From positions 1 through 38,011 of IMG/VR virus record IMGVR_UViG_2585427747_000001: a stretch of 38,011 nucleotides of DNA, one strand, 5' to 3'. This document shows, in pieces, positions 35,413 through 38,011 of this stretch. The position numbers and the translations under genes were made by a program. Source of the DNA: a virus (Duplodnaviria > Heunggongvirae > Uroviricota > Caudoviricetes). The first letter of the stretch is position 1, and each line of letters begins with the position of its first letter. Under the pieces are notes generated by a model. The model did not search any database, was not told the origin of the DNA, and was given only the letters and a program-made list of their open reading frames with translations.

Positions 35413-36537
35413 TTAAGATATTCTTTTAGCTATAGAATGACCTATATTTATAAACGGTTTTTCTATTACGTTATATATCAAGTAAGATAGGCTTATAGAA
35501 ATTATGAGCGATGATATATAAATGGCAAACGATCTATGTTCAGTGCTAACACCAATGCTGGAACCGTAAAACTCAATAAACTGTATAACAGGAACATGAA
35601 TCAGATAAAGTGAATATGATATTCCACCAAGAGCAACAAGTGATTTATTGAATGAAATAACTTTATTATTTTCTAGAATAATAACACATAAAACAATCAG
35701 AAATGCAATATATGCAGATCGCGTCAAACCATGTCCTTCAGACACCCCATTAAGCCAAAAAACAAACATCATTCCTAGAATGAAAACGCATAAACTATTT
35801 ATAATAGCATTATTCATTCTTTTATGCCTAAGTAAAGGCATTGTCTCTGATATAATCATCCCTAAAATGAAATCATATACTATAGGGTTGCCTATGAATC
35901 CTATATGAGAAAACACTCCTGTTTTTGCAATATTGAATGATTGGGCGTCAATTACTACCGAGTGGTTAAAGTAAAGAGAAATAATTGTACTTACAGCAAC
36001 TAGAAAACATGATGTGATTAATACCCTGTATTTTATACTTAATGACATGGATATTGCGAAAATAAAATAAAAATATATCTCGTACCCAAGTGACCATGAA
36101 ACAATTAGTGTTCCCCACCCATAATATGGCGGTAGAGTTGAGCCATCTAAAGGGATGAGAAGAAATGATTTTATAATATTATTTATAGAAAAAACACCAC
36201 CCCATGATACGCCTGTGTAAATATTGTGGTAAAAAAGAAAAACATAAACGCTTAATACTATTGCGTAAACAGGATAAATTCTAAAAAATCTCTTTACAAG
36301 AAATGAAGCGGTATTTCTTAAAGATGTTTTCGCTAAGTTTTTAGTTGAGTATGATATTATAAATCCGCTTATTATAAAAAACAATTCAACTCCAAATATA
36401 GCATTCGCGGTTATCCTGTCCATGAAAGAACCAGGATCTACTTGCCCGAAAAGACCTCTATTATGACCAATAGCTACAGCAAGAGCTGCAATTCCACGAA
36501 GCGCTTCTATTCCGTATAATTTATCTGTTTTCATCAA
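35413..36537 (-). CDS. Acyltransferase family 3 integral membrane protein (O-antigen acetylase-like lysogenic conversion gene)
   Basis: 374 aa, ~10 predicted TM segments; N-terminal YGIEALRGIAALAVAIGH motif typical of the OafA/Oac acyltransferase-3 family; very AT-rich; next to the integrase at attR. Confidence 0.75.
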   Translation of the reverse strand: MMKTDKLYGIEALRGIAALAVAIGHNRGLFGQVDPGSFMDRITANAIFGVELFFIISGFIISYSTKNLAKTSLRNTASFLVKRFFRIYPVYAIVLSVYVFLFYHNIYTGVSWGGVFSINNIIKSFLLIPLDGSTLPPYYGWGTLIVSWSLGYEIYFYFIFAISMSLSIKYRVLITSCFLVAVSTIISLYFNHSVVIDAQSFNIAKTGVFSHIGFIGNPIVYDFILGMIISETMPLLRHKRMNNAIINSLCVFILGMMFVFWLNGVSEGHGLTRSAYIAFLIVLCVIILENNKVISFNKSLVALGGISYSLYLIHVPVIQFIEFYGSSIGVSTEHRSFAIYISSLIISISLSYLIYNVIEKPFINIGHSIAKRIS

Positions 36538-36677
36538 GTAATATAGTTAGTAGTTGATAAAATTGTTGCTGGAGTCTACCACCAAGAGCTTGGATGATCG
36601 ACCAGTTAGCATCTCAAGCTGTATGCGTGAGACAAAAACGAGACACACAAAGCTTTGCAAGTCTTTGCGCTGTTTAC

Positions 36678-37835
36678 CTATGATACCTTCTCCTCAAGCC
36701 AGTCCGCCCACCACTGCATCATTTCTCTGCGCTTATCGAGATACTGAGCATGGTTGTAAATACCGCGCACAGATCCGCCGTTGGCATGTGCCAGCTGCAC
36801 TTCAATAGCGTCAGCAGGCCATTCGTGCTCGTTCATAATCGTGCTGAATTCATGCCTGAATCCGTGACCGCTTTCCAGACCTTCATAGCCGATTTGTTTG
36901 ATCACAAGCAATACCGCGTTCTCGCAGATTGGCTTCTTCTTATCGTTGCGCCCGGCAAAAACAAACTCTGAGACTGGTTTGGTGATTGAGCTTAGCGTAG
37001 TGAGAAGTTCAACCACCTGGTCTGACATCGGGACCACATGAATTTTGCGTCCCTTCATCACACTGGCGTCGATGGTGATAATCCTGTTTTCAAAATCGAC
37101 GTTCTTCCATAGCATGGAACGAAGCTCTTTCGTTCTTAGGGCTGTATAACGTAAAACTTTTGTCGCAATGAGCGATACGATACTTCCTGAAAATGTTGCC
37201 AGTGCTTTGTTGAATGCAGGCATCTGGTCTGCTGGAAGGAACGGGAAGTTCTTCTTGCGGTATCCTTTCATGGCGTCTGCAAGGTCAGGTGCCGGGTTAT
37301 ATTTAGCCCTTCCGGTGACAATAGCGTAACGAAAAACCTCGCCGCATCTTCTGCGGGCTTTGTTGGCTCGCTCCATTGCACCGCGATCTTCAAATCTGCG
37401 GATTACTTCCAGCAGTTGCATCGGCTCAATATCCTGAATCTCAAGACCGCCGATGATGGGTAAAATGTCGTCATCAAACATTTTGGCAAGTTCAGTTGCA
37501 TAGCCTACTGACCAGACTTGCTTCTTGTGCTCGTACCATTCCTTGTAAATCGCACTAAATGAATTGTTGTTAGACGAAGCCTTTTTCGCCTTTACCGGAT
37601 CGATGCCAACCGAGATGTCTTTCCTCGCAGTCCATGCCTTATCCCTTGCTTCCTGCAAAGTCATAAGCGGATATTTTCCGACAGTCAGGATTTTCTCCTT
37701 ACCGTCAATCTTGTAGCGAAGCTGCCATACCTTTTTCCCTGATACAGGGACATAAAGGTACAGGCCATTACCATCGAGTAGGCGGTATGGTTTTTCTTTC
37801 GGCTTTGCTGCTTCAATCTGCTTAACGGTGAGCAT
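36678..37835 (-). CDS. intS: Tyrosine integrase (P4-type), IntS-like
   Basis: Start trimmed to MLTVKQIEAAKPKEK…; C-terminal catalytic region (…HGFRHEF…LAHANGGSVRGIYNH…Y); adjacent to attR and the tRNA 3' end. Confidence 0.85.
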   Translation of the reverse strand: MLTVKQIEAAKPKEKPYRLLDGNGLYLYVPVSGKKVWQLRYKIDGKEKILTVGKYPLMTLQEARDKAWTARKDISVGIDPVKAKKASSNNNSFSAIYKEWYEHKKQVWSVGYATELAKMFDDDILPIIGGLEIQDIEPMQLLEVIRRFEDRGAMERANKARRRCGEVFRYAIVTGRAKYNPAPDLADAMKGYRKKNFPFLPADQMPAFNKALATFSGSIVSLIATKVLRYTALRTKELRSMLWKNVDFENRIITIDASVMKGRKIHVVPMSDQVVELLTTLSSITKPVSEFVFAGRNDKKKPICENAVLLVIKQIGYEGLESGHGFRHEFSTIMNEHEWPADAIEVQLAHANGGSVRGIYNHAQYLDKRREMMQWWADWLEEKVS

Positions 37836-37881
37836 GGGTAAAAATCCGGTGGGTAAAATTATTTTATCCACTTTTTACCCG
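37836..37881. promoter_or_regulatory. Three TTTTACCC motifs (two on the minus strand, one on the plus strand) over the intS start/promoter in the attR arm
   Basis: gggtaaaa at ~37836-37843 and ~37851-37858, ttttaccc at ~37873-37880; shared with the attL arm. Confidence 0.4.
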
Positions 37882-37989
37882 TCATGGAGTGCGGCTGTCA
37901 ACGATCTGACGCGAACCATGACGAACCGTGAATATACGGAAGGCTTGATATTCAGGGGATTTTGCGGACTGGTACGGATGGGAGCGAAC

Positions 37990-38011
37990 TGATAAATGGT
38001 GTCCCCTGCAG
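37990..38011. repeat. attR core: second copy of the 22-bp direct repeat; its last ~14 nt are the 3' end of a minus-strand tRNA-Arg gene whose body lies beyond the window
   Basis: Exact repeat of positions 1-22; minus-strand reading gives …CTGCAGGGGACACCA (T-stem 3' strand, acceptor stem, discriminator, CCA); integrase start ~155 bp away. Confidence 0.75.

Larger units (their letters stand above)
1..38011. mobile_element. Integrated prophage (KplE1/CPS-53 / SfV-like: lambdoid regulation, HK97-like head, Mu-like contractile tail) inserted at a tRNA-Arg 3' end
   Basis: 22-bp direct repeat at both window ends containing the 3' 15 nt of a tRNA (…CTGCAGGGGACACCA on the minus strand); integrase adjacent to the right repeat and RDF adjacent to the left; full complement of regulatory, lysis, packaging, head and tail genes between them. 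Confidence 0.85.

Noticed and set aside
36554-36971. Short plus-strand ORFs overlapping the 3' end of the integrase gene
   Set aside because: They overlap the highly conserved integrase C-terminus on the opposite strand and lack start signals; judged spurious.

Overview
This window looks like one complete, probably intact ~38 kb prophage integrated at the 3' end of a tRNA-Arg (argW-type) gene, bounded by a 22-bp direct repeat (positions 1-22 and ~37990-38011). Reading left to right: the RDF/excisionase torI; a leftward early operon (PAPS-reductase-like, HD hydrolase, DUF2303/YfdQ-like); a lambdoid immunity region (CI-like S24 repressor, Cro, CII-like) with recognisable operators; replication and accessory genes (iteron-bearing initiator, PerC-like, N6-adenine methyltransferase, LexA-N-domain protein, RusA, KilA-N, DUF968); a QuuD-type Q antiterminator; a lambda-like lysis cassette (S holin, R transglycosylase, Rz/Rz1); an HK97-like packaging and head module; a Mu-like contractile tail and baseplate module; tail fibre and assembly protein; an O-antigen-type acyltransferase; and the IntS-like integrase next to attR. 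This matches the KplE1/CPS-53 and SfV-like serotype-converting phage architecture. Set into this backbone are several AT-rich accessory genes on the opposite strand or in intergenic islands. The strongest candidate for an undescribed system is a 427-aa protein (12097-13380, minus strand) in the Q-to-lysis slot whose N-terminus reads like a proteasome/HslV-type Ntn hydrolase. Other candidates are an antisense-embedded gene pair beside a highly structured 470-bp non-coding region (3555-4650), a membrane-protein island after the lysis genes (15003-15930) and a membrane-anchored OB-fold-like gene inside the tail cluster (28229-28675). All functional calls come from reading the translated ORFs and motifs by eye; no database search was run, and coordinates for features not in the ORF track are approximate (±2 bp).
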